64,000 nucleotides of DNA, from contig CAWFOM010000009.1 in NCBI GenBank assembly GCA_963817385.1, positions 66,773-130,772 of the forward strand. Reading direction: 5' to 3'. Origin of the DNA: an uncultured delta proteobacterium (GTDB lineage Bacteria > Desulfobacterota > Syntrophia > Syntrophales > UBA5619). Every line of letters starts with the position of its first letter. Within the stretch, counting starts at the first letter, position 1. Below, piece by piece: positions 42,181-52,315 of this stretch. The notes under the pieces are model-generated. The model was given only the letters and a program-made list of their open reading frames with translations, made no database searches and was not told where the DNA came from. Made by a program: the position numbers and the translations under genes.

Positions 42181-43185
42181 ATGACAACGCAAAACAGAAA
42201 CCGGACTGTCAGCATCTTTACGCTTGGCATGCTGCTCTTTTTCCTGGTGAGCTGGATGATATACCTGCAGGCCGGCGGCGCGGAGATCACGAACCCGCGG
42301 GCCGACTTCTGGCGCGTGGTACGGCAGGGCGTGCCCGCCTACACATCCACGCCGCAGCAGGGGCACACCATCCTGATCCAGAACGGCGGAGAAAACTGGC
42401 GCGAGATCCGCAACGGCCTCCTCATGCGCTTTTCCCAATGGGTTCCGCGGTCTGGTGCTGGCGGTCATAGCGCTTTTGTATCTGATCGTCGGCGCAGGAT
42501 AAGCTGGAAAAACCCCGTTCCGGGGTGAAGATCGAGCGCTATACCTTCGGCGAGCGGATTCATGCACTGGTATACGGCCGTGCTCTTCGTCATCATGGCG
42601 ATCACGCGGCCTGAGCCTCCTGTTGGGGCGGATCGCGCTGATACCGATCTTCGGACACGCAGTCGTTTCCGGGTACCTGCAGGCGTCAAAGGTGCTGCAC
42701 AACTACTGCGGACCGCTCCTCCTCGTCGGGATCTTTCTGGAATTCGTCATCTGGATCCGACACAACATCCCCAGGAAGTTCGACCTGGAGTGGCTGCATG
42801 CGGCTGGGCCGTGCGATCGGAGGCAGGCCGCGGCCCCACGCGGAGAAGATCAACGGAGGCGAGAAGGCCTGGTTCTGGCTCGATGTTCCTCTTCGGGATC
42901 ACCGTGGGGATCACCGGCGTGCTGCTGGATTTCCCCATCTGGGGCCAGACCCGCTTCACCATGCAGCTCTCCCACGTGATCCATGCCACCGTGGCGGTCC
43001 TGTTCGTCGCTCTCTCGTTCGGCCACATCTACATGGGGACCCTGGGCGTCGAAGGCGTCTTCGAGAGCATGTGGACCGGTTACGTCGATACGGTCTGGGC
43101 CCAACAGAACCATGATCTCTGGTACGAAGAAAAGATGCGGGAGCAGGGAAAGAAACCGGTAGAGGCATCGCCTCAGGGCGATTAG
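42181..43185 (+). CDS. fdhC: Formate dehydrogenase gamma (cytochrome b) subunit, multiple frameshifts
   Basis: LIQNGGENWREIRN; ERIMHW; KVLHNY; KINGGEKAWFW; GHIYMGT...WAQQNHDLWY. Confidence 0.85.
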
Positions 43186-43263
43186 CGTCGCCGCGCCGCA
43201 GCCGAGAGCACGCCGCCGCATGCCGCACAACGCCGGCTGTCCTTCGAACAGGGGGCTGAAATC

Positions 43264-43929
43264 ATGACCATGGAATTGGGGCTTCTGCTGCTCGAGTCCA
43301 TCCTGCTCGTTGCCACCGTCATCCTGCTTATTTACAACATCCACGAGGGAAAACAGCGGGACAACCTGCTTCGGGAAGTGGGAAGGGCGACACGGATCCT
43401 GACACGGCAGGAGTACTTCTTCACCCTCATGGACGCCATGCTTGATGCGCAGCGGGAGATCGTCGGATGCATCACCGGCAGTCCCCCGTCGGGCGATGAT
43501 ATCAAGATGACCAGAAACATCGCGGCCGCGATCGAGAAGATGACCGGAAAAGGGGTGCGCATCAAGTACCTGTTGCCGAAGTTTCCGGATCGGCTCCAGG
43601 TCGGCGTTCAGTATACGAAAGCGGGCGCGGAGGTCCGCTTCAGCAGTTGCCTTATGGTCCATTCGATCAGGTACAGCATCATCGACGAGAAAATTGTGGT
43701 GTTCGGGATCCCCGAAAGCACGGGCGAAAAGGAAGCGACAAAAAAGGGGTATAAGATACCGTCCGAAGAGCTCGCGATGATCCTGAAGGATTATTATAAC
43801 TCCTGCGAAAAACAGATGACCCTGAAAGAGTATCTTCAGGAAATCATCGAGCAGACCGGGGCGACGCCCGAACATCTTGCCCGGGAGTTCCATCTGGATG
43901 CAAAGGATCTGAAACAGCTTGTGCAATAA
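43264..43929 (+). CDS. Membrane-anchored hypothetical protein with a TrmB/PLD-like fold
   Basis: One N-terminal TM helix; DAQREI...GVRIKYL...GAEVRF...RYSIIDEK. Confidence 0.5.
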   Translation: MTMELGLLLLESILLVATVILLIYNIHEGKQRDNLLREVGRATRILTRQEYFFTLMDAMLDAQREIVGCITGSPPSGDDIKMTRNIAAAIEKMTGKGVRIKYLLPKFPDRLQVGVQYTKAGAEVRFSSCLMVHSIRYSIIDEKIVVFGIPESTGEKEATKKGYKIPSEELAMILKDYYNSCEKQMTLKEYLQEIIEQTGATPEHLAREFHLDAKDLKQLVQ

Positions 43930-44004
43930 GAACGAGGGTGCGATACTGCGGCTGCTTCCTGGTCGGCGGAATCGCCCGCCTGCCTGCTTGATTTTTCTAG
44001 GGAG

Positions 44005-45402
44005 ATGGTAATGGACGGCTTTCCGGATACGGTCACGCTCTCGCGGCTGCAATTCGCGCTGACCGCCATGTTTCACATCATCTGGCCGGTCGCGACGATC
44101 GGCCTCAGCATCTTCCTGGTCTTTCTTGAACTGCGCTGGATACGAACAGGGCGGGAGGAGTATTACCGCCATGCAACGTTCTGGAGCCGCCTCTTCTTCC
44201 TCAATGTCGCCATCGGGGTGGCCACGGGCATCCCCATGGAGTTTCAGTTCGGGACGAATTGGAGCGTCTTCGCCCGGGCGGGAGGCGATTTTTTCGGACA
44301 CATGCTGGGGTACGAAGCGGCCATGGCGTTCATGCTGGAGGCCAGCTTCATCGGGATCATGATCTTCGGGTGGAAACGGGTCTCCCCCGCCGTACACCTC
44401 TTTGCGACTTCCATGGTTGCGCTCGGGGCCTCCCTTTCGGCCTTCTGGATCATGGTGGCCAATTCATGGATGCAGACACCCAGGGGTGGCTACTTTAATA
44501 ACGGAAAATTCGTCGTCACCAGCCACCTGGAGGCGATCTTCAACCCCGACATGGTGTGGAGCGTCACCCACATGTGGGCCGCCGCCCTCGAGATCTCCGT
44601 CTTTGTCGTGGGAGGGCTGAGCGCATGGTACCTCGCCAAAAACATTCATACCGGCTTTTTCCTTAAATCCTTCAAGTGGGCCGCCGTTGCAGCGGTCCTG
44701 ATCACCCCCCTGCAGATCGGCCTCGGCGACGGCTCCGGCCGGGCGGCGTACCTCTACGATCCGACCAAGCTCGCCGCCTTTGAGGCCCACTGGCACACAA
44801 ACCCTCCCGGGCAGGGCGCCTCATTCAGCGTCCTGGCCTGGCCCGATCCGGAGATTCAGGATAACCGCTGGTCCATCGAGATTCCCGCGGTGCTGAGCCT
44901 CCTGACCACGCACACGATGACCGGGCAGATCAAGGGCCTGAGGGACTTTCCCCGGGAAGACCAGCCGCCGGTCGCTATCCCCTATTACTCCTTCCGAATC
45001 ATGGTGGCCATCGGCACGGCGCTCTTCATTCTCATGCTCTGGACCCTCCGGGTCTGGCGCAGAGGCGGGCTCGACGCCGGACGCGTCTCTTCACAGAAGT
45101 GGCTTCTGAGGGCCTGGATGGCGGCCATTCCGCTGAGTTACCTTGCTATGGAGACCGGATGGATAACCCGCGAAGTCGGCCGGCAGCCCTGGGTCATCCA
45201 TGGGCTTCTCAGGACCGGAGAATCGGCCTCCCGGATCCCCGTTGGAACCGTGGCCGCGTCGCTTGCCGCCTTTGCCCTGGTCTATGCGTTTCTCACAATT
45301 ATCTTTTTCTTCTTTGCCCGGCGCATCATCGCCCGGGGGCCGGACCTGCCGCAGGCTGAAACCGCCGGCGGGTACGGCGGCTTAGGAAAGGAGAGGAAGT
45401 AA
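44005..45402 (+). CDS. cydA: Cytochrome bd quinol oxidase subunit I
   Basis: SRLQFALTAMFH; EFQFGTNW; ANSWMQTP; KLAAFEA; EVGRQPW. Confidence 0.97.
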   Translation: MVMDGFPDTVTLSRLQFALTAMFHIIWPVATIGLSIFLVFLELRWIRTGREEYYRHATFWSRLFFLNVAIGVATGIPMEFQFGTNWSVFARAGGDFFGHMLGYEAAMAFMLEASFIGIMIFGWKRVSPAVHLFATSMVALGASLSAFWIMVANSWMQTPRGGYFNNGKFVVTSHLEAIFNPDMVWSVTHMWAAALEISVFVVGGLSAWYLAKNIHTGFFLKSFKWAAVAAVLITPLQIGLGDGSGRAAYLYDPTKLAAFEAHWHTNPPGQGASFSVLAWPDPEIQDNRWSIEIPAVLSLLTTHTMTGQIKGLRDFPREDQPPVAIPYYSFRIMVAIGTALFILMLWTLRVWRRGGLDAGRVSSQKWLLRAWMAAIPLSYLAMETGWITREVGRQPWVIHGLLRTGESASRIPVGTVAASLAAFALVYAFLTIIFFFFARRIIARGPDLPQAETAGGYGGLGKERK

Positions 45403-46415
45403 TGGCGTGGCTTGACGCGCACGTTGCCGAAATCTGGTTTTTGATCATCGGTTTTTTTGTCCTCTATTATGCCGTTGCCGACGGCCTCGATCTGGGTGTG
45501 GGTATGATCGCCCTCGTTACCCGGGATGAAGCAGAGCGCGGCATCATGATGGCAAGCCTCCAGAGCATGTGGCAGGATAACCAGACCTGGCTTGTGGTTC
45601 TTGGCGGGATGCTCTTCGGGGCCTTCCCCCTTTTCTACAGCGTCGCCCTTTCCGCCTTTTACGTGCCGTTCATCGTCATGCTCTTCGGGCTTATCTTCCG
45701 CGGGGTGGCCTTCGAGTTTCGCGGCCACGCCAAGAGTCCCTCCCTCTGGAGCCTCTCCTTCGCCCTCGGCAGCCTCATCACCGCTCTTTCCCAGGGCTTC
45801 ATCCTGGGGGGGATCTTTTATGGCATCCCCATGGACGGGCAGACCTTTACCGGGACCGTGTGGAGCTGGTTTCATCCTTATTCCGTTCTCTTCACCCTGG
45901 GGGTGATTGCGGGCTACATCATGCTGGGGGCAAACTACCTCATCCTGAAAACGACCGGCAAGATCCAGCAGCGCAGCATGCGTTATTCCTCCATCGCCGC
46001 CGGCGCAACTCTCCTTGTCTCCCTGGCGATCTATGCCTGGACCATTGCCCGGCACCCCTACATCGCCCGGAAATGGCTGGCCATGCCCGATCTTCTTTAC
46101 GTCGCCGTCTTTCCCCTCCTCGCCCTTGTCGCATTCGCCCTGTATATCCGGGGCCTCCGGAGGCGGGCGGAGCTTGCCCCGCTCATCTGGAACATCACCC
46201 TGGTTTTCTGCTCCTTCACCGGGATCTCCGTCGGCTTCTACCCCTATATCATCCCCAACATGGTGACCATCCAAAACGCAGCCGTTTCTTCGCCCCGGAC
46301 ACTGATCTTTATGCTTGCCATGATCGTCATTCTTCTCCCGGTGATCCTCGCCTATATCGGCTACAAACACTGGATCTTCCGCGGGAAGGTCGGGAGCGGC
46401 GGCTACGGAGATTAA
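45402..46415 (+). CDS. cydB: Cytochrome bd quinol oxidase subunit II
   Basis: DGLDLGVG; WQDNQTWLV; RGVAFEFR; FRGKV. Confidence 0.95.
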   Translation: MAWLDAHVAEIWFLIIGFFVLYYAVADGLDLGVGMIALVTRDEAERGIMMASLQSMWQDNQTWLVVLGGMLFGAFPLFYSVALSAFYVPFIVMLFGLIFRGVAFEFRGHAKSPSLWSLSFALGSLITALSQGFILGGIFYGIPMDGQTFTGTVWSWFHPYSVLFTLGVIAGYIMLGANYLILKTTGKIQQRSMRYSSIAAGATLLVSLAIYAWTIARHPYIARKWLAMPDLLYVAVFPLLALVAFALYIRGLRRRAELAPLIWNITLVFCSFTGISVGFYPYIIPNMVTIQNAAVSSPRTLIFMLAMIVILLPVILAYIGYKHWIFRGKVGSGGYGD

Positions 46416-46445
46416 CTTCGCGTTTTTGGACACCGAATGGAATCC

Positions 46446-46632
46446 GGCTGGAAGACGGTCCCGCCGCTCACCAGGTAGAATTCCTGGCCCGTTCACTGGC
46501 TCGGCCGCTCCAATTTCCAAACTCTCCCTTCGGGCTCAGACAGTGGAAATTGGCCGCTTCGCGGGCGCTTCTCTTCGCCAGGACGGGCACCCAGGAATTC
46601 CACAACGTTCGCTCAGGGACCATCCCCCAGCC
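46446..46632. repeat. Long nested inverted repeat (REPIN/MITE-like)
   Basis: GGCTGG/CCAGCC, GAATTCCTGG/CCAGGAATTC and CCAATTTCCA/TGGAAATTGG nested pairs. Confidence 0.65.
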
Positions 46633-46735
46633 AACTTTTACGGCGCCACGTACCGGCATTCCGAGCAGTGGTAACTTTCGCCTCCATCTGGTATCATCTG
46701 CTGCACTGCTGTGGTATGCGAGGAGAAGACCGAAT

Positions 46736-47560
46736 ATGAATAATGTCGAAAAGACAGCGGGTACAGGACGCGAAAAAGCGAAGAAAGGGACGGTCCCTCC
46801 TCCGGTGGCGGAGGAAGGGATGACGCATTTCGGATTCCGCCGGGTCCCCGCCCGCGAAAAGGCCGCCCTGGTTCGAAACCATTTCGACGCAGTGGCAAAG
46901 ACATACGATAGGATGAATACGCTGCTCAGCTTCGGGATTCATTACTTCTGGAAAAGGACGGCCGTCGAGCTTCTCGAGTTGAAGGGAGGTGAATCCGTCC
47001 TCGACGTCTGCGGCGGGACGGGCGATCTCTCGGTCCTCGCCGCAAAACGGATCGGCCCTTCCGGGAGGATCGTCCTGTATGACATCAACCGGGCGATGAT
47101 GGAGGCGGGAAGGTACAAATCGACCCATGCCGCAGAGAGAAAGAGAGTCCTCTATGTCCAGGGAGACGCGGAGCAGGCCGCCCTTGCCTCCAACTCCTTT
47201 GACGCCGCGATAGTGGGTTTCGGCATCCGGAACCTGACCAACCGGGAGGAGGGCCTCCGGGAGATCCACCGCGTCCTGAAACCCGACGGCCGGTTCGTCT
47301 GTTTAGAGTTTTCCCAACCGACGGCTCCCTGGTTCCGCTTCCTGTACGATTTTTATTCCTTCCACGTCATGCCGATTCTCGGACGCCTCTTCGCCGGCTC
47401 GAAGCAGGCCTATACCTATCTTCCCGAGTCCATCAGGCTCTTCCCCACCCCGAAGGAATTGTCTGACATCCTGGAGGAGATCGGTTTCCGGGGGATTTGC
47501 TATCGCAGGCTCACCAACGGCATCGCCTGCATCCATTCGGGAGTGAAACGTGAGCGCTGA
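46736..47560 (+). CDS. ubiE: UbiE/MenG quinone C-methyltransferase
   Basis: THFGF; FDAVAKTYDRMNTLLSFGIHYFWK; LDVCGGTGD; FGIRN; YTYLPESI. Confidence 0.9.
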   Translation: MNNVEKTAGTGREKAKKGTVPPPVAEEGMTHFGFRRVPAREKAALVRNHFDAVAKTYDRMNTLLSFGIHYFWKRTAVELLELKGGESVLDVCGGTGDLSVLAAKRIGPSGRIVLYDINRAMMEAGRYKSTHAAERKRVLYVQGDAEQAALASNSFDAAIVGFGIRNLTNREEGLREIHRVLKPDGRFVCLEFSQPTAPWFRFLYDFYSFHVMPILGRLFAGSKQAYTYLPESIRLFPTPKELSDILEEIGFRGICYRRLTNGIACIHSGVKRER

Positions 47561-47611
47561 GAAAACCGGGAGTCCCCGAAAACCGGCATCCGATCACCGC
47601 GGGCTTCCCGT

Positions 47612-48208
47612 ATGAAACTCAACTGGGCGGAGAGGTGGGCGGTCAATAACCCCCTTCGGGTGCTTGAACAGGCAATCGAAATCCGCCGCCTCAAGCGGAT
47701 GCTGCCCCTCCCGCCGGGGTTTGCCGCCCTGGAGATCGGGTGCGGCCGGGGGGCCGGAGCCCGCGTCCTCCTGAGGGAATTCAAGCCTTCCCGGATTCAT
47801 GCCATGGACGTGGACGGGGAGATGATCGGGAAGGCAAAACGCTACCTCTCCGCTCAGGAGAAGCGGAAGATCTCCCTCTTCGCGGGAGATGCCGCCGCCC
47901 TGCCGGTGAAGCCGCAGTCCATGGATGCCGTCTTCGGCTTCGGCGTCCTTCACCATGTCCAGGACTGGCGCACTGCGCTTGCGGAGATCGCCCGCGTCCT
48001 GAAGCCGGGAGGGGCCTATTTTCTCGAAGAGCTCTACCCTTCCCTGTACCGGAACTTCATCACGAAGCACATCCTCCTCCATCCCGTGACGGACCGCTTC
48101 ACCGGAGATGACCTCCGGCAAGCCCTCGCCGACGCCGGCTTTTCCCTCAGGGATTCTATCGAATGGAAAGGGCTGGGCATCCTCGCTGCCGCCGTAAAAT
48201 CCGGATAA
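47612..48208 (+). CDS. Class I SAM-dependent methyltransferase
   Basis: LEIGCGRG; GDAAALP; LHHV; RVLKPGG. Confidence 0.85.
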   Translation: MKLNWAERWAVNNPLRVLEQAIEIRRLKRMLPLPPGFAALEIGCGRGAGARVLLREFKPSRIHAMDVDGEMIGKAKRYLSAQEKRKISLFAGDAAALPVKPQSMDAVFGFGVLHHVQDWRTALAEIARVLKPGGAYFLEELYPSLYRNFITKHILLHPVTDRFTGDDLRQALADAGFSLRDSIEWKGLGILAAAVKSG

Positions 48209-48214
48209 GGAGCC

Positions 48215-48925
48215 TCACTCCTTCTCGATCGGGAAGGTCAGGCTTGCCCCGAACCAGCCGATCACCGACACCAGCGGGATGAAGGAGAGGATGCAGATGA
48301 GGTAAAGCATGCTCGCAGACCGGAAGGGCCCAAGGATATCGGGGACGGCGAGACGCCACACGAAGGCGGTCATTTCCATCCCGAGGAGAAACCAGGAGAG
48401 GATCTGCTTGATGATCACGGCCCTCAGCGGCCGAGCCTCATAGTTCAGCCACCAGGTGAAATAGCCGGTCGTCATTGCAACCGGGGTGAAGACAATACCC
48501 GCGCCCAGGCAGTTGAGCGCGGTCGATTCAAAGCTCGCCATTCCGGTAAAAAGGTACAGAAGCGTGAACATCGCAGCGGAAAACGCGAAGACGATTGGGA
48601 AGTGGACCGTCATGGGGTGCGGATGGCGCCGGAGCATTGGAACCCGCGCAAGGAGCCGGGAGAGGATCGCCGGCAGCGGCCTGTCGGTCTCTTTTTTCTT
48701 CAACACCCCCACCTGCGGGTAGCGCGCCAGGACTTCGACGCCGTGGGGCGCCGCCGCGATCTCTGCGGTGAGGTCCCCTCCCGCGTGGTGGCGCAGCATG
48801 TGGAAACCGCCTTTCCACTTTGCGCTCTTCGTCACATCATAAATATTGCCCTGGTGGGCGATGTACGCGGGATTCCCGTCCTTGCCGTTGTATTTTCCCA
48901 GTTCTTCCGGTTCGAGTTCGTTCAT
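48215..48925 (-). CDS. Cytochrome b5-like heme/steroid-binding domain fused to a DUF2231 membrane domain
   Basis: YNGKDG..AYIA..G.IYDVT...H.AG.DLT...APH; HPMTVHFPI. Confidence 0.8.
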   Translation of the reverse strand: MNELEPEELGKYNGKDGNPAYIAHQGNIYDVTKSAKWKGGFHMLRHHAGGDLTAEIAAAPHGVEVLARYPQVGVLKKKETDRPLPAILSRLLARVPMLRRHPHPMTVHFPIVFAFSAAMFTLLYLFTGMASFESTALNCLGAGIVFTPVAMTTGYFTWWLNYEARPLRAVIIKQILSWFLLGMEMTAFVWRLAVPDILGPFRSASMLYLICILSFIPLVSVIGWFGASLTFPIEKE

Positions 48926-48941
48926 GGGCGCCTTTCGGATA

Positions 48942-49919
48942 TCACGTGCAGGCGGCGATGACGACCGCCGCGAGCAGGGTTAGCGGGTAATAACTCGCGC
49001 TGTTAAAGAGCGCCAGGGCCTCTATCCGCTCCTTTGTCCGGTACAGCCGGTACGCAGGGATGAGGAGGAGATAGATGCCGGCGGCGAGGGCGGCTGCGAC
49101 GCCGGCGAACCGGGCTCCCACGGGAGAGAGGCCCATGCTGATCCCGCTCAGGATGGCGGCCAGGAGGAGCGAAACGAATATCACCCCGGCGGCAGCCGCA
49201 GGGCCGAACCGCACGGGAATGGTCGTTGCCCGGAGGACCCGGTCCTCTTCGATGTCGGCCCAGTCGTTGGGGACATTCTGCCCGCCGATCTCCCAGAAAA
49301 AGAGCCAGAGGAAAAGGAGGATCAGGGGCGGAAGCGCCGGCTGTGGATCGACGGCAAAGACGGCGGCCATGGCGCCGGAGGTTTTAACGGCTCCGCTGAT
49401 AAGCACCTTTTGCCAACCGCTTTTCCACATGATGCAGTAGATAGCCTCCAGGAGGATGGCCCCGAGGAAGATACCCGTGCAGACGGGGTTCAGGAGATAT
49501 GACCCGATGAGCGCGACGGAGGTCCAGGCGGCGGTCCAGAGGAGCCCCTTGGTAAAGGGCAAAAAACCGTACGCCATCGGATGGCGGACGAAAATGCTGT
49601 CCAGATCGTCGTGCCGTACGTCGGGAAGCAGCCCGTCGGCGACTCTCCTGGTATCGATATGGTAGTCTACAAGATCATTAAGGGCGTAGACGGCGGTATA
49701 ACCGGCAAAGGCAGTGATCAGGCCGAGGGCGATGATCCCGGGCGGCGGGAAAGACCCCAGCCAGAGCAGGGCTGCCAGAGCGGGAGTTGCCATGTCCAGT
49801 AATCCATGGGGCGTACGGGAAAGGGCAAAAAACAGCTTCAGCTCCGAGAGACCCGACTGGGTATGGATGCAAGTGGGGTTCACAACACCTGGCTCCTCTG
49901 AGGAAGAATGTCGACACAT
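48942..49919 (-). CDS. UbiA family prenyltransferase
   Basis: YALNDLVDY..D; NDWADIEED..TIPV; multiple TM helices; start uncertain. Confidence 0.8.
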   Translation of the reverse strand: MCRHSSSEEPGVVNPTCIHTQSGLSELKLFFALSRTPHGLLDMATPALAALLWLGSFPPPGIIALGLITAFAGYTAVYALNDLVDYHIDTRRVADGLLPDVRHDDLDSIFVRHPMAYGFLPFTKGLLWTAAWTSVALIGSYLLNPVCTGIFLGAILLEAIYCIMWKSGWQKVLISGAVKTSGAMAAVFAVDPQPALPPLILLFLWLFFWEIGGQNVPNDWADIEEDRVLRATTIPVRFGPAAAAGVIFVSLLLAAILSGISMGLSPVGARFAGVAAALAAGIYLLLIPAYRLYRTKERIEALALFNSASYYPLTLLAAVVIAACT

Positions 49920-50279
49920 CGCAAAATAGCTGGTGGTTTCACTGATTGCAAATGTAGATTACGAACTGGGGATTCGTTTGTCAAGGATCTGTTATTCAGT
50001 TCATCCGGCTACGCATGCCTCCTGTAGTTAAGCATCCGGTGATTTTGATGGACATGTATCCTTTCACGTGATAATCACCACCAAAAAACAAGGCCTGATA
50101 AGAGACCACAATAAAACGGCCGGGAATAAGGGTGCGCGTATGACACGGCTTTCGACAAGGATTATTCCGGACAAACCCGGTGATGTCTATCGCTGCGGTG
50201 AGACGATCAGCGGTGCGGTAAACGTTGACGTCCACGGGGAGTGCAAAGGCCGGAAACCGCTGATACATCCGCAGGCAAA

Positions 50280-51509
50280 ATGAGCAGCCCGGACCTGGAT
50301 CGGAAACGCTACCGTTGGGTCATACTGGCTCTGCTTTGGCTTCTCTACGTGGCTTTCGGCCTGGTCCAACGCGCCATCGCGCCGCTGGTCACCCCCATTC
50401 TCGCGGATCTTGATCTCTCGTACACGCAGATGGGATTCATCCTTGGCTCGTGGCAGCTCACTTACATTGCCATGGCCATCGTCGCCGGCACGCTGATCGA
50501 TCGCTGGGGAATCCGAAGAGCGCTCTTGTCCGGCGCGATCTTCCTCGGCCTCTCGTCGGCTCTTCGTTATTTCGCTCGGGGTTTCAGTAGTATGCTCGGT
50601 GCCGTGGCCATTGCCGGCATCGGCGGCCCGATGATTTCCGTCGGCTGCCCCAAGGCGATATCCATATGGTTTGAGGGAAAAAGCCGGGGTGCTGCCATCG
50701 GCATCTATCTGACAGGCCCCTGGATAGGCGGAATTTTCGCCTTGACGATGACCAACAGTTTCATCATGCCCCTGGTCGGAAACAGTTGGCGGAACACATT
50801 TTTATTCTACGGCCTGCTGACCTTCGCGGCAGGACTGATCTGGTGGCTTCTCGCGCGGGACACCCCCCATCAGCTCTCGACAACCGAAAAAACGCCCGGC
50901 ATGATCAGCCTGCTCGTCCGCTTCATCAAAGTCCGGAACATCCGGATCGTTCTGGTCCTGGGCCTCATGGTCTTTGCGATCCTCCATGCCCTGACCAACT
51001 GGCTCCCAAAAATCCTGGAAACCAGCGGCTTTTCGCCGTCATTGGCCGGGATGGCCACGGCAATCCCTTTGGCTTCAGGCATTCCCTCCCTGCTGATCAT
51101 CCCACGTTTGATCGCACCGCCCGGGCGCGGTCGTTTTCTGGCCGCTTCCTCACTTCTGATCCTGGTCTCGCTGGTCTTGATCATGACCGCTTCGGGAGGC
51201 TTTCTGTTGGCCGGATTGATCATGTTCGGCACCATCATCGCCCCCTTCTTCCCGATTTTGACCCTGATCCTGATGGACACCCCCGAGGTCGGTTCTACCT
51301 ACATGGGATCCGTCGGGGGCATGTTCTTTTGTATTTCGGAAATCGGTGGTTTTGCAGGACCTTTGATCATGGGCGCCATCGTCGACATGACCGGCTCCTT
51401 TCAGATGGGAAATTTCTTTTTCGCCGTTCTTTGCCTTGCCGTTTTTGTCCTGTCGCTTCAGTTGAAAACCAAACCGCCACGAAAGACGGTTCCGCCACTT
51501 GCCTCATAG
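50280..51509 (+). CDS. MFS transporter (CynX-like)
   Basis: About 12 TM helices; motif A GTLIDRWGIRR; WFEGKSRG. Confidence 0.88.
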   Translation: MSSPDLDRKRYRWVILALLWLLYVAFGLVQRAIAPLVTPILADLDLSYTQMGFILGSWQLTYIAMAIVAGTLIDRWGIRRALLSGAIFLGLSSALRYFARGFSSMLGAVAIAGIGGPMISVGCPKAISIWFEGKSRGAAIGIYLTGPWIGGIFALTMTNSFIMPLVGNSWRNTFLFYGLLTFAAGLIWWLLARDTPHQLSTTEKTPGMISLLVRFIKVRNIRIVLVLGLMVFAILHALTNWLPKILETSGFSPSLAGMATAIPLASGIPSLLIIPRLIAPPGRGRFLAASSLLILVSLVLIMTASGGFLLAGLIMFGTIIAPFFPILTLILMDTPEVGSTYMGSVGGMFFCISEIGGFAGPLIMGAIVDMTGSFQMGNFFFAVLCLAVFVLSLQLKTKPPRKTVPPLAS

Positions 51510-51968
51510 ATGCCTCTTTCAGCTGTAACGTCCCATTTGATTCATCTGATTCATCTGTTTTTTCCGTACTTGCGAAAGATGTCTTGCTGAAAGAAATGAA
51601 TTGATATTTTGCTTGATCTTGTAGCTTTCAAACTAAAACCGTGATAGTAAAACGCAGAATATAACGGCTGTTGAATACGTTCCATCCTGTATAAGCATTC
51701 TGGAGGGAAATATGGACTGGCTGGCAAATACCCCGTCTCATAAAAAAGAGAGGGGTTTTTTATTGCTGATAAGGAAGTTGAGCGGATTTTATGCCGATCC
51801 GTATATAACGCCATGATAAAAATACTGTTCATCAGCAAGTATAAGATACAGTGATGTTTATTACCGAATATTCATAATTTCGGTTGGCGTCTTATACGGC
51901 AAAAAGTGCGGTGTTTGGTTTTTCACAAGGATACATATATACACTGTTCGGCATAGCCGAGGGGAAAT

Positions 51969-52256
51969 ATGAGCAAATGGCGCGAAAAACTATATGGCTA
52001 CACAGGCTTGTTCATCGTCCTTGGTATCTGGACTCCGATGATCTGGTTCGTTTCCTCGTCAAGGCAATACTATAGAATGGAAACCTTCGAGGTTTTCGAA
52101 ATGGACTGGTTCAGCATATTGGTGTTTATTGCTCTTTGTGCAGCAACTTTGGTTGCCCAATATGGTTTTGTTTTGATCGCAAAAGACTTATCCGAATTTG
52201 AAAAGCTGAAAAAACAGCAAGCTGCAAATCGGTATGGTGGTCAAAAAAATGCCTGA
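51969..52256 (+). CDS. Cassette: small two-TM hypothetical protein
   Basis: Starts after GTTCGGC (51946) with a GAGG RBS; stop lies inside the attC. Confidence 0.6.
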   Translation: MSKWREKLYGYTGLFIVLGIWTPMIWFVSSSRQYYRMETFEVFEMDWFSILVFIALCAATLVAQYGFVLIAKDLSEFEKLKKQQAANRYGGQKNA

Positions 52257-52307
52257 CCCGCGCTCAAGCGGGCCTGCGCAAAGCGCGCAGCCCCTTCAAC
52301 GTTCGGC
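52251..52307 (+). repeat. attC site (degenerate)
   Basis: GCCTGAC...AAGCGGGCCTGCGC/GCGCAGCCCCTT...GTTCGGC. Confidence 0.7.
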
Positions 52308-52315
52308 GATAGATT

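Noticed and set aside
45860..46735. Apparent long N-terminal extension of UbiE (566-aa ORF)
   Set aside because: Overlaps cydB out of frame and crosses the palindrome; an RBS and ATG at 46736 give a normal-sized UbiE.
51551..51838. Possible intI remnant upstream of the cassette array
   Set aside because: No tyrosine-recombinase motifs can be recognised in the translation.
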